From: Mycoplasmataceae bacterium
Lineage (GTDB): Bacteria > Bacillota_I > Bacilli_A > Mycoplasmatales > Hepatoplasmataceae
Direction of reading: 5' to 3'
Assembly (NCBI GenBank): GCA_030621645.1
Contig: JAUXHI010000001.1
Location: forward strand, 14,318-78,317
Length of the DNA stretch: 64,000 nucleotides
The notes beneath the pieces are model-generated. The model ran no database searches. It was not told the DNA's origin and was given only the letters and a program-made list of their open reading frames with translations. The translations under genes were made by a program, and so were the position numbers. Below are positions 1-14,392 of the stretch, piece after piece (the first letter of the stretch is position 1; each line of letters opens with the position of its first letter).

Positions 1-1611
1 TTAGATAAATGAATAAAAGAAAGAGGAAATTATGTTGGCATTAAAACCGACAGATTAACAGATGCTGCTATTTTAAGAGAATTTGAGGCCCTTACTGAGG
101 CAGGATCATTTAATGTAGGAACCGCAAATAGATATTTAAAAACTGCAGAAAACAAAGCTAAAGATCAAATAAGTAGAGAAAAAGATGATTTCAGAACTAC
201 TCATGGTAGTAAATGAGGAGCAGAATGAAAGAAAAAACTTATTGAAGATGGTTTTGATAATGAAGAAGAATATAAAGATAGTATTATTTCAAAAGAAATA
301 AAATCTAAAATAACAGCACTTTACACAGGAAAGAAAAAACTTGTTTGAACTGATGGTGCTTCTTCTAATAAATATAAATCAACAGTTAAAGATAAATATA
401 ATAAAAAATATAGATCTTTAAGTAATTCATATACTGAAGGTAGAATTAATGTTGAAGACTACTATGATTTATACTTGCTTTCTCAAAAACCAATTGGTAC
501 TAATAAAATATCAGCAGGATTTGAATTTGTTGGTGAACCACTATTAAATGGTTATGACGGACAAAGAATTAAATTTAATTCTGTTGATGATATCAAAACA
601 ATGTGATATCTAATGAGAGACATGAATGCTGGTGAAGTTTTCATAGATTACCGTGGATATGATAGTAACCTATCAGGCGGTATTAAAAGATTAGGAAGTA
701 AATCATTTGACTCTGAATCACAGATATCAAGTGGTAACTTCTATTCAACTATATTCTTAGGAAAAAATAGTCCATTTGGTGATTCAATTTTAAATGATGG
801 AGAAAATAATTGAACAGAGGCAATGAACAAATCTATCTTTGATGTTCTTAATCCTAAAGAGAATGTTAGTTGACCAGAAGATATGAATAATGTTAAAACA
901 GAAGATTTCAATTTAATTGAAACTACTGATTTAGAACAAATAGGAACAAAATTTTTTAACATTGTTAACCCCTTATTTAATGGAGCAATAAATAACAAAA
1001 GAAATATGTCATTCACTTTTACATCTAATAGTACTGACACACTATTCCAAATTAATGAAACAGGAATATCTATTACAAAAGTAAATGGTATTGATGACTT
1101 CGATACTGGTATTGCTTCTACTAACTTACATAAAATTGCTACTGATTACACATCAAATGATTTATCATATGAAGTAACTACAGATGATACTACAGTTAAA
1201 GATCAACCTGAATATGGTATCTTAGGAGACTTTGATTCATGATTTAATTCTTCATTTGATACATTTACTCTTAATGATGCTTTAACAGATAAAGAATTTG
1301 CAAAAGAAAACTTTGATGTAGAAGATGATTTAGCAACTTATGATGAAGTAGTTCTAAATATGTATTCTGAAATATACATGGATACATATGATGTTGTTAA
1401 AGGTATGACTTGAGATATTGAAGACTTCTTAGAAGAAAACGATACATTATTTATTAAACCTACAACAACTAATTATGATCTACTTAATCAAACACTAGTT
1501 ACTAACTTAGTATTCTATTCATTTGCTACTGACCCAGAAGGCAAATATACAGCGATGACTATTAAAGACATAATTCTTAATGACGGAAACCTTAATGGAG
1601 CTAATTCATAA
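1..1611 (+). CDS. hypothetical secreted/surface protein, C-terminal 536 codons (5' end outside window)
   Basis: Frame 1 is open from base 1 to TAA 1609-1611 if TGA=Trp. Track ORFs 613-813 and 883-1242 are in-frame fragments separated only by TGA. N/D/T/K-rich and Trp-rich, with no catalytic motif recognised. The stop overlaps the next start (TAATG). Confidence 0.6.
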
Positions 1612-3119
1612 TGAAAAAGATTAATATGAAAAAAACAACAATCATAACAACAATAGCGACAATAGGTCTTGGGCTAGGTCTTGGGCTAGGTCTTGGGCTT
1701 AAAACACAATCTGAAACTGGTATATTCTTTCACATGGGAGACCAAAAAGTTAAAGTTAATGTTAACAAAAACATTGCTACTCACTCATCTATAGGACAAT
1801 ACTCCGCACAGGGCTCTTCACAGATTCAAGCTGATTCAGAATGACTAACAATAGCATTTATGAATTTGGCTCTTACAGGTAATCTAGATGCAAAAAAAGA
1901 AGATAGTGGTAAATATGCTGAAGGATCAATTTTTAATCCTTCAGAAGATGAATCTTGAATACTTCCTGATATTTCAGATTTCAGTGAACTATATAATACA
2001 ATTCTTGAAACTAAACTATATTTTGAAACAACAGGTAATGATTCTGGTTCAATGCTTGTTAGAAAGTATATGATTGACCTTAGACAAACTGATTCTACTC
2101 TATTTAATGTAACTAAACCATTTATAGACAACAATATAAAAACATATTTTAAAGCAAAAACAATGACTGAAGAATTTGATGCCTTTATTAAAGTTTGAGG
2201 TAAAACTCCAACAGTTCAACAAGAGGTCACAGAATTTATATATAACTATGCATGATTATGACAAGAAAATAATTCAAACTCATTTGATTACAACTTAACT
2301 AGTTACCTATATGATTCTAAACCAGCATTCTTATGAAAAATGAATATTCTTGATAATGAACCCACAGGTATTTCAGAAGAATTTAGAAATAGGGTTAAGG
2401 AATGAGCATCAACAGGTATATTGCCAGTTAATGAGTGAAATGATTTCATTGAAGATAACTCTGTTGATAAAGATCACGAATTCACAAAAGGGGATAAATA
2501 TGCTTCTCTAACAGAAGATGGAGCATTAGGATTCCAAGGATTACAATTTAAAGCTAACAATAGTGCTGCTGGTAATGTTGATCCTGAATTCTGGGATTAC
2601 AACAATCTATTCCAACATAAAATTAATGAAGGTGGAGTTGAAGAAGATGCAATTGTTATAACAGATAAATATGAAAATCTTCAAAACCAAAAAATCTCAC
2701 TTTATACAAATAATAAAGATGAAGCTATTATTGGTGATTCATCTACAGCAGACATAATTGGTTATTCACTTCTATATCCTTATGCATTTGCAACAGAATA
2801 TAATGGTGATTCAGCTGAAGCTTGAACATATGCAATTAATGGATATGAAACAACCGATAATAGTGATATATTAATTAAACAAGATGGTAATGAAGCTGAT
2901 GCTATCAATTACTTTGAAGTAATTGCCGGTGCTGACTTCGGAACTGAAGCATACAGAGAAATACAAATTCTATTACTATATGGTTTATTCCAACAAACAA
3001 AAGATAAAGTTGTAAATAATTCTTATAGATATTGAAATAGTCAAGGGTTTAGTATTGAACTAACTGGTAAATATGAAACTGACTATGGTCACTTAATTGA
3101 TGAGAGACTACAAAAATAA
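1611..3119 (+). CDS. hypothetical membrane-anchored surface protein (502 aa)
   Basis: ATG 1611 overlaps the upstream TAA. Frame 3 is open to TAA 3117-3119 with TGA=Trp; I walked codons 1611-2520 by hand and saw only TGA interruptions. The N-terminus MKKINMKKTTIITTIATIGLGLGLGLGLGLK is a basic head plus a hydrophobic span with no Cys, so a signal-anchor rather than a lipoprotein. A hairpin+T8 follows. Confidence 0.65.
1665..1700 (+). repeat. 3 x 12-nt tandem repeat ggtcttgggcta (last copy ...ctt), encoding (Gly-Leu)6 in the signal-anchor
   Basis: Direct reading gives ggtcttgggcta at 1665-1676, ggtcttgggcta at 1677-1688 and ggtcttgggctt at 1689-1700. It is locally GC-rich in an AT-rich gene. 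Confidence 0.95.
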
Positions 3120-3128
3120 TTAAAAAAT

Positions 3129-3154
3129 ATTAGGTTAATAGCCTAATTTTTTTT
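3129..3154 (+). terminator. intrinsic terminator after the surface-protein gene pair
   Basis: attagg (3129-3134) pairs with cctaat (3142-3147) around a 7-nt loop. The T-run 3147-3154 follows, 10 nt after the stop at 3119. Confidence 0.6.
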
Positions 3155-3165
3155 ATCATTAAAGT

Positions 3166-3537
3166 ATGAAAACAATATTTGAACAAATCATTAATGGTGA
3201 AATACCTTCATATAAGATATATGAAAATAACAAATACATTGGAATATTAGATATATACCCAGATGCAAAAGGACACTCACTATTAATCCCTAAAAAGAAA
3301 AAGACTGACATCTTACATGAAGATGAAACGACAAGATCAGAACTAATTAATATAGGTTCTAAAATCGCAAAGAATATAAAAGCAAAATTAAATGCTTCAG
3401 GAATAAGATTAACATTCAATACCGGCAAGACTTCTGGTCAAGTGATATTTCACACTCACCTTCACATAATCCCCTCATATGAAGAAAAACAAACTGATGA
3501 AAATCTTAAAGAAGTGTTAAAAAAAATAATGGATTAA
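3166..3537 (+). CDS. hit: HIT-family nucleotide hydrolase/transferase (123 aa)
   Basis: Intact track ORF. It carries the histidine-triad motif HTHLHIIP near the C-terminus and a typical HinT-like N-terminus (IFEQIINGEIPSYKIYEN). Confidence 0.85.
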   Translation: MKTIFEQIINGEIPSYKIYENNKYIGILDIYPDAKGHSLLIPKKKKTDILHEDETTRSELINIGSKIAKNIKAKLNASGIRLTFNTGKTSGQVIFHTHLHIIPSYEEKQTDENLKEVLKKIMD

Positions 3538-3542
3538 TTCCT

Positions 3543-4292
3543 TTATTTTTTATTTTTTAGATTTACTTCAATTTCAGAAGTAAGCAATGCTTCCTCTGTC
3601 TTCTCTATTGCCTCAACTAGTGTATCTCTGTTCTCTATTCTTTTCAATTGTACTTTACTACCATCAATAACTCTTTCAATAGAAACCATAATTACTTCAT
3701 TCTCAACATCTCTAATATTGAATGCTTTTTTATTGATTGTGACTTTTGTTGAATAATTAGTTAGTTCTAGTTTTGTAATATCAGCTAATTTAAATCTTCT
3801 ATAAACAGTTTTTGTTCTACTATCATAAAACACCATTTCACTACGAGTGATATATAATTCTCCTTCAAAAATTTGTTTAAGTCATAATCCTGAATTATAA
3901 AGTTTAATATTTTTAAAGACAAATACAGCTGGTTCTTCTTTTTGGTTTTTAAAACTATAAGGAACTTCTATTGTTTTATATTGTCTAGACTTGGCAAATA
4001 TTTTTCTTTCAATATCAAAATAATCAATTGAAGAATTATCAGTAATTTTTATTTGTAATTTATTGGCTATTCTTTTATATTTTTTAGAAAATGTAGGATT
4101 ATATGTCATGTTCTTTTTGTATCAATCTCTTAATATTTGTTTCTTATAAATAGATCAATACTCAAGCTTAAATCTTCTACTTAATGATTCAATTTTTTTA
4201 TTTGATAAAAAATCAACATTATCACTATTGATATGTTGTTTCATTATGTTCTTTTCATATATGTATCTAAATGATAAAATTCCTAAAGCCAT
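3543..4292 (-). CDS. hypothetical protein (249 aa), orphan downstream of rpoC
   Basis: Track ORFs 3543-3836 and 3882-4109 are in one frame. The frame stays open through TGA at 3882, 4122 and 4155 up to ATG 4292, checked codon by codon. No TM segment or recognisable motif. A TATAAT lies 9 nt upstream of the ATG. Confidence 0.6.
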
Positions 4293-4301
4293 CTTATATA
4301 A

Positions 4302-4307
4302 ATTATA
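4302..4307 (-). promoter_or_regulatory. candidate -10 box (TATAAT) for the orphan gene, implying a leaderless or near-leaderless mRNA
   Basis: The minus-strand TATAAT ends 9 nt before ATG 4292 and lies just downstream of the rpoC terminator. An AT-rich genome produces chance matches. Confidence 0.35.
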
Positions 4308-4313
4308 TAGTTA

Positions 4314-4335
4314 AATAAAAAAATAGACATAATGT

Positions 4336-4341
<6 letters not shown>
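4314..4341 (-). terminator. intrinsic terminator of the rpoBC transcript
   Basis: On the minus strand aaatagaca-tta-tgtctattt forms a 9-bp stem with a 3-nt loop, followed by tttttatt. The rpoC TAG stop (4336-4338) sits in the 5' arm. Confidence 0.75.
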
Positions 4342-8265
<3,924 letters not shown>

Positions 8266-8280
8266 ATTAACTTTTTCTTT

Positions 8281-11200
8281 CTATAATGTGTTATCAATTT
8301 CAACCAGGTTATTTTCTTCATCGAAGAATCTGAAATCAAATCCTAATCCTCTTAATTCATAATACAGAACTCAGAACCCTTCAGGAATGTTCGGAGTTGG
8401 CATTGGCTTGTTCTTAGCTATTGCATTATATAACTCGTTTCTTCCTTTAATATCATCTGATTTTAGAGTAACCATTTCTCTAAGTAGGTTTGTAGCTCCA
8501 TAAGCCTCAATAGCTCATGCTTCCATTTCACCAAATCTTTGTCCACCATTTTGAGATTTTCCTCTTAATGGTTGTTGTGTAATTAATGAATATGGCCCTA
8601 TTGAACGAGCATGCATTTTGTCATCAATCATGTGTGAAAGTTTTAGCATGTACATAACTCCGACAGCAACTTTTGAATCGTATTTGTCTCCAGTAATTCC
8701 ATCATAAAGATCAAATTTACCTGAATCATCCATTTTAGCTTCTTTCATTATTTTCTTAATGTCTTCTTGTGAAGCGCCTGAGAATATTGGTGTAGATACT
8801 TTTGTTCCAAGAATTCTGGCAGCCATCCCTATATGTAGTTCAAAAACTTGTCCAATATTCATACGTGATGGAACTCCAAGTGGATTTAACATTACATCAA
8901 CTGGTGTACCATCATCTAAGTGAGGCATATCTTCAACAGGAAGCACTATAGAAACAACACCTTTGTTTCCATGACGTCCCGACATTTTATCTCCAGCTTT
9001 AATTTTTCTCTTTTGAGCGATGAATACTTTTATTATTTTTTCAACACCATCATTTAGTTTAACACCTTTAGATTTTTCAAGGATTTCAACTTTTTGAACT
9101 ACTCCTTCAGCTCCATGAGGAACTCTTAAAGAAGTATCTCTTTTTTGTTTTGATTTAGCTCCTAGAATAGCATCTAGTAATTTTTCTTCAGGAGATTGGT
9201 CATCTTCGCCTTTGGGTGTAATTTTACCAACTAGAACGTCTCCAACTTTAACTTCTGAACCTTCTACAATTATTCCATGTGCATCAAGGTTTCTAATTGA
9301 TTCTTTTGAAACATTAGGAATATCAGCAGTAGTTTCTTCAACACCATTTCTAGTATCTCTTTGTTCGATTGAGTGTTGTTCTAAATGAATTGATGTATAT
9401 ACATCATCTTTAACTAATCTTTCTGAGATTATAATAGCATCTTCATAGTTGTGTCCTCTTCATGTTGTGAAAGCTACTAATGCGTTCTTACCAATTGCAA
9501 CTTCTCCATTATCAACAGAAGGACCATCACCAATAACTTCTCTAGCTTTGACTTTTTGACCGATTGAAACAATTGGTTTTTGGTTAATTGAAGTTCCTTG
9601 GTTAGATCTTATGAATTTTTTCAATTCATAAGTAATTTTTGATTTACCTTTAACAATAATTTGTACAGAATCTGCAAATTCAACCACTCCATCTTCTTTT
9701 GCAATTACTGATGTTGGCGATGCTTTAGCTGTATCTTGTTCAATACCAGTGGCAACAATAGGTGCTTCTGGTTTGATAAGTGGAACAGCTTGTCTTTGCA
9801 TGTTGGCACCCATAAGTGCACGGTTGGCATCATTATGATCTAAGAATGGAATGTGTGCCGTAGATAATGAAACTGTTTGTTTTGGAGAAACATCCATTAG
9901 TGTTACATCTTTTGCTGAGACTTCAACAAAATTACCAGATGATCTAGCAACTAGTTTTTTGTTTTTGAGTTCATTATTAGATTGTTCAATATTACCAGGG
10001 GCAATAATATGTCCAACTTCTTTATCTGATGTTAATCAAACAACTTTATTTCTTAATACTTTTCTATTATTAACTTCAAAGTAAGGAGTTTCGATTAAAC
10101 CATATTCATTAACTCTTGCATAAATAGCAAGGTTAAGAATAAGTCCAATATTTGGTCCTTCAGGCGTTTCAATAGGATCGATTCTTCCATAGTGAGTATC
10201 ATGGATACCACGAACAACTAGTGATGCAGTATCTCTTGAAAGTCCACCAGGACCTAACGATGTTAATCTTCTTTTGTTTGAAACTTCAGCTAAAGGATTT
10301 ATTTGATCCATGAACTGTGAAAGTTGTGAAGAGTTGAAGAACTCTTTCATTGATGATTCCATTAGTTTGTGGTTTGTGACTGATTTAATAGTAACTGTGG
10401 ATTGATCTTTTGGAGATAATCTATCTCTCATGTTTCTTTCGATTCTTGAAAGACCAATTCTAACTTGGTTTTTTAATAATTCATTAATGGTTCTTATTTT
10501 TCTATTTTCTAATGAATCAATGTCATCATAATTTAATAATCCTTCTTCAAGGTTCAGGAAGTATCCTAATGTAGCAATAATGTCTGAGATAGTTAAATGA
10601 GTATACTTTGTTTTTGTGTTTGAAATTACATTAATTACTTCAGGTTCTGATTGTTGTTTTCATTTTAAAGACTTGTAAACTTTAATTATATTAACTTGTG
10701 AAAATATAATTTTTTCTTCTTCAGAAAGAGTATCATTCATAAATCCAAATACTTCTGGACCAATAGCTAATGACGTTAATTTAAGTTTATTTGCTTCTCA
10801 TGCTTTCATTATTGGGACTATGTTTGTAACATCAATAACTGTTTTGGCTTTTACTAAAACTTTATTTTTTGAATCAGTAACATCTTCAACAATAGTTCTA
10901 CCTAATAATCTTGAGTATGGAGATAGCTTGCCTGATAATTTAAATCTACCAGTTTTTGATAAGTCATATCTTTTTCCATTGAATAATATATTAGCAAATA
11001 CATTATTAACAAGTTTTGTTGTAGGTCTTTCTCCTGATGAAATTATTTTGAATATTGCTTGTCTGGCAGTATAAGGATCTCTGTTTTCTTTTTTAACCTT
11101 TTTAAGTGTTTCAACAATTAAATCATGATTAGAAAATAGTGAAAGAGCTGTTACGTCATCTAGTCCTAGTGCATGTAACAGTAATCCAGTTTTAATTCTT

Positions 11201-11814
11201 TTTGATTTATCAAGTCTTAATTTAATATCTGCTGGGTCTTGACCTAACAGTTTATAATCTTTATAATCGAATTCAACTCATGCTCCTCTATTAGGAATGA
11301 TTGATACAATTTTATAGATTGATGAATCAGATGCTGATTGCACTCTAGCTGCTTTCAAATTCTCAAAGTAAGCACCTGGTGCTCTAACAATTTGAGAAAT
11401 GATAACTCTTTCTGATCCATTGATGATGAATGAACCACCATCAGTCATTAAAGGAAGTTCCATGATGAATGCTTCATCAGTTTGAACAACATTTCCTTCA
11501 ACATTGTCAACTAATTTAAATTTAGCCTTTACAGTTGCTGAATAATTTGAACCTTTTTGTTTATGTTCTTTGATTAAAGCATCTGTATTTTTTGGAAAGT
11601 CTATAGTGTGAGAAATATACTCTACTCTTAATTTTCCATTAGTAGCAGTTACAGGATAGATATCCTTAAACGCTTCTTCAAGTCCAGTAGTTAAAAATAT
11701 ATTGAAAGAGTTCTTTTGAATTCTTAATAAATCGAATACTGGAAGATCATGTTCTGATCTTTGGTAATTTCTTCTAACTGTTCCACTTCCATATTTTTGT
11801 TCTTTAAACGCCAT
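8281..11814 (-). CDS. rpoB: DNA-directed RNA polymerase subunit beta (1177 aa)
   Basis: Fragments 8515-8985, 9460-9897, 10036-10431 and 11278-11814 are in one frame. I walked 8281-8520 and found only TGA, ending in TAG at 8281-8283 with C-terminus ..[30 protein letters not shown] lies 11 nt before ATG 11814. Confidence 0.97.
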
Positions 11815-11870
11815 ATATTATTTGATCTCCTTAGGTTGATCTCCACATCAAATTTAGTTGCTTATAATAG

Positions 11871-11896
11871 CAAAAAAGAGGGATGATTTATCCTCT
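11871..11896 (-). terminator. hairpin + T-run between rplL and rpoB (attenuator/partial terminator)
   Basis: agaggg (11877-11882) pairs with tcctct (11891-11896) and is flanked by A/T runs on both sides. It lies 15 nt downstream of the rplL stop. This is the classical position of the rplL-rpoB attenuator. Confidence 0.5.
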
Positions 11897-11910
11897 TGTT
11901 TTTTTATATA

Positions 11911-12267
11911 TTATTCAGCTACTACTTCTGCGCCAGCTTCTTTAAATTTAGCTGAAAGCTCTTCAATTTCATCTGCGCCAATAGCTTCTTTAATTATTCC
12001 ACCATTTTCTGCAAATGTTTTAGATTCCATTAGTCCAAGTCCCATTACTTCTCTAACTACTTTAATAACAGAAACTTTATTTCCGCCTGCTGATTTAAGT
12101 ACTAAGTTTTTCTCTGCTAACTCTGAACTGTCTGTCCCTCCTGGTGCTGCAACTGGTGGTAGTGCCGAAACTCCAAATTCTTCTTCTATTGCTTTAACCA
12201 ATTCATTTAGGTCTACAACTTTCATTTCCTTTAATTCTGTAATAAATTTATCTTTATCAAATGCCAT
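11911..12267 (-). CDS. rplL: 50S ribosomal protein L7/L12 (118 aa)
   Basis: Intact track ORF reading MAFDKDKFITELKEMKVVDLNELVKAIEEEFGV...KEAGAEVVAE. Confidence 0.97.
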   Translation of the reverse strand: MAFDKDKFITELKEMKVVDLNELVKAIEEEFGVSALPPVAAPGGTDSSELAEKNLVLKSAGGNKVSVIKVVREVMGLGLMESKTFAENGGIIKEAIGADEIEELSAKFKEAGAEVVAE

Positions 12268-12268
12268 G

Positions 12269-12946
12269 TTATTCTCCTTTTTCCTCTTCGACTTTTTTAA
12301 CTTCAGGTTCTTCTTTTATTTCTGTAGTTTCTTCTACTGTTGTGTTGTCATCTTTTATTTCTTTTGTTGATTCTCCAGCCTTAGGCTCTTCGCTTTTTGC
12401 TTCTTCTTTTAAATCTTCAACTTCAGGTGCTTTTATTTCTTCTGCTTTTTCTTCACCAGCAGGTTTGCTTTCTGCTACCTGTGATAATGAGTAAGCGAGG
12501 TTTCTAACATTTGCTTGTAGTACTGATAAAAGCATTGAAAGTAAATCTTCTTTTCCTGGTAATGTCGCCATTTCTAATACGCCATTAGCATCATGATATT
12601 CTCCATCTATGTATCCAGCTTTGAATGATATCTTTCCTTCTGTTTCTTTTATAAGTTTAAGGATTGCTTTAATTGAATCTGCGCTGTCATCCATTGTGAA
12701 TAGAAATGACGATGGTCCTGTTAGGTGTTCTAATATTTCTTTTTTACCTGCTGCTTCAAAAGCAATTTTAGCAACTCTGTTTTTATAAACAGTATTTACT
12801 GATCCGCCTTTTTTGATTTCAGATCTTAATCCTGAAATTTGATTTGCAGTAAGACCATGATAGTCTCAGATAATAATTGATTGTGATTTAGAAATTAGAT
12901 CTTGAATTTCTTTAACATGTTGTTCTTTGTCTTGCCTTGTTAACAT
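12269..12946 (-). CDS. rplJ: 50S ribosomal protein L10 with ~70-aa acidic/Lys-rich C-terminal extension (225 aa)
   Basis: Track ORF 12269-12694 extends in frame through TGA to ATG 12946, giving MLTRQDKEQHVKEIQDLISKSQSIIIWDYHGLTANQISGLRSEIKK. The stop abuts the rplL ATG. Confidence 0.92.
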
Positions 12947-12954
12947 ATAATCTC

Positions 12955-13641
12955 CTATTTCTTAACCTTTACACCAGGCCCCATAGACGTTGCTACAGAA
13001 ATTCCTAGAATGTATTCACCTTTAATAGTTAATGGTTTTTTGCCTTTAATTAAATCATAAATAGTTTTAAAGTTTTCTAAGATTGCTTCATCTGAGAATG
13101 ACTTCTTACCTATTGATAAGTTAATAAGCCCATCATTATTTGTTCTATATTCAACTTGTCCTTTTTTGATGTTCTCAACAGCTTTAGCAACATCTTCTGC
13201 TACTGTCCCTATTTTAGGATTAGGCATTAAACCTTTCGGTCCTAATTCTTTACCAAACTTAGCAAGTTGTGGCATTGTAGAAGGTGTAGTAACAATATAA
13301 TCAAAGTTAAGTTTGTTATCTTTGATCAGTGTTCCTAAATTTTCTAATGAACCAGTTTCATCTGCTCCAGCTGTTTTAGCTTTTGTTAAGTCATCTGGAT
13401 CAGCAATTACTAATACTTTAGTAACTTTACCTGTTCCATTAGGGAGGATAATTGCTCCTCTTAATTGTTGTTCGGCTTTAGTGGTATCTAAATTTAAATT
13501 GAATGACACTTCGATTGATGTGTCAAACTTTTCAAAAGATGCTTCTTTAATCGCTTTAATCGCTTCTTCAATAGAATAGATTTTGTTTTTATCTACTTTA
13601 GCGTTTGCTCCAGTAATATTTTTTGATAATTTTTTAGCCAT
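12955..13641 (-). CDS. rplA: 50S ribosomal protein L1 (228 aa)
   Basis: Lies within track ORF 12955-13680. I prefer ATG 13641 (MAKKLSKNITGANAKVDKNKIYSIEEAI), which overlaps the rplK stop by 8 nt. The upstream in-frame Met codons lie inside rplK. Confidence 0.9.
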   Translation of the reverse strand: MAKKLSKNITGANAKVDKNKIYSIEEAIKAIKEASFEKFDTSIEVSFNLNLDTTKAEQQLRGAIILPNGTGKVTKVLVIADPDDLTKAKTAGADETGSLENLGTLIKDNKLNFDYIVTTPSTMPQLAKFGKELGPKGLMPNPKIGTVAEDVAKAVENIKKGQVEYRTNNDGLINLSIGKKSFSDEAILENFKTIYDLIKGKKPLTIKGEYILGISVATSMGPGVKVKK

Positions 13642-14185
13642 TATTTCCACCATCCTCTGATTCTTCTGATTCTTCTCCAACGTCTTGTGTTTCGGGAATC
13701 TGTGGCGTTAATTCTTCTTCAGTTAATTCTGGCAAGTCTTCTTTAAGTTCAACTACCTCACCTTGAATATTAATGCCCATATTTCTTGCTTGACCTTTTA
13801 ACATTGAAATTGCATTTTCTAATGAATCTGTATTAAGATCTTCCATTTTATAATTTGCTATTTCTTCAAGTTTTACTAATGATATCTCTCCAACCATTTC
13901 TTTCGAAGGTTTTTGAGCACCTTTTTCAACTCCTGCAGCTTTTTTAATTAAAACTCCTGCTGGTGTTGTTTTTAATTCAAACTTAAATGATCTATCAGAA
14001 AAAGCTGTGATTATTACAGGAACAATATCCCCTTTTCTATCTCTGGTGGCATCATTGAATTTCTTTGTAAAAGGACCCATATCAATACCAACAGATGCTA
14101 ATTCTGGACCTGGTTTAGCTTGTCCACCAACTAATTCTAGTTTGGCGATTCTTGTAATTTTGTTTTTATTGCCTGGTTTAGCCAT
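13634..14185 (-). CDS. rplK: 50S ribosomal protein L11 with ~40-aa acidic C-terminal extension (183 aa)
   Basis: Intact track ORF reading MAKPGNKNKITRIAKLELVGGQAKPGPELASVGIDMGPFTKKFN. GAGGAG lies 6 nt upstream of the ATG. Confidence 0.95.
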   Translation of the reverse strand: MAKPGNKNKITRIAKLELVGGQAKPGPELASVGIDMGPFTKKFNDATRDRKGDIVPVIITAFSDRSFKFELKTTPAGVLIKKAAGVEKGAQKPSKEMVGEISLVKLEEIANYKMEDLNTDSLENAISMLKGQARNMGINIQGEVVELKEDLPELTEEELTPQIPETQDVGEESEESEDGGNNG

Positions 14186-14210
14186 GGTTTCTCCTCTCGT
14201 TTTTATTGTT

Positions 14211-14241
14211 TAAATAAAAAGACACAACACAAGGTTGTGTC
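14211..14241 (-). terminator. strong intrinsic terminator 25 nt upstream of the rplK start codon
   Basis: On the minus strand gacacaac-cttgt-gttgtgtc forms an 8-bp stem with 4 G-C pairs, followed by tttttattt. The plus-strand arms are 14221-14228 and 14234-14241. Confidence 0.75.
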
Positions 14242-14392
14242 AAAGTATAAAATACTTAACAACCTCGGTAGCAAATTAAGTCTAATTTGACAGCTACATT
14301 CTTTAGTTATTTACCCTTTTATTATATATAAAACATTCCAATAATAAGGTTTTATTTATAAAAAAATACATATCTCTTTATTTTATTTGTAT

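Noticed and set aside
1-3119. The idea that the two plus-strand surface genes are a MIB-MIP (immunoglobulin-binding protein / DUF31 protease) pair
   Set aside because: The tandem, anchored arrangement fits. However, I could not find a DUF31-type serine-protease signature (GxSGS with upstream His/Asp) in the second protein, and I cannot run a profile search. It is left as 'hypothetical surface proteins'.
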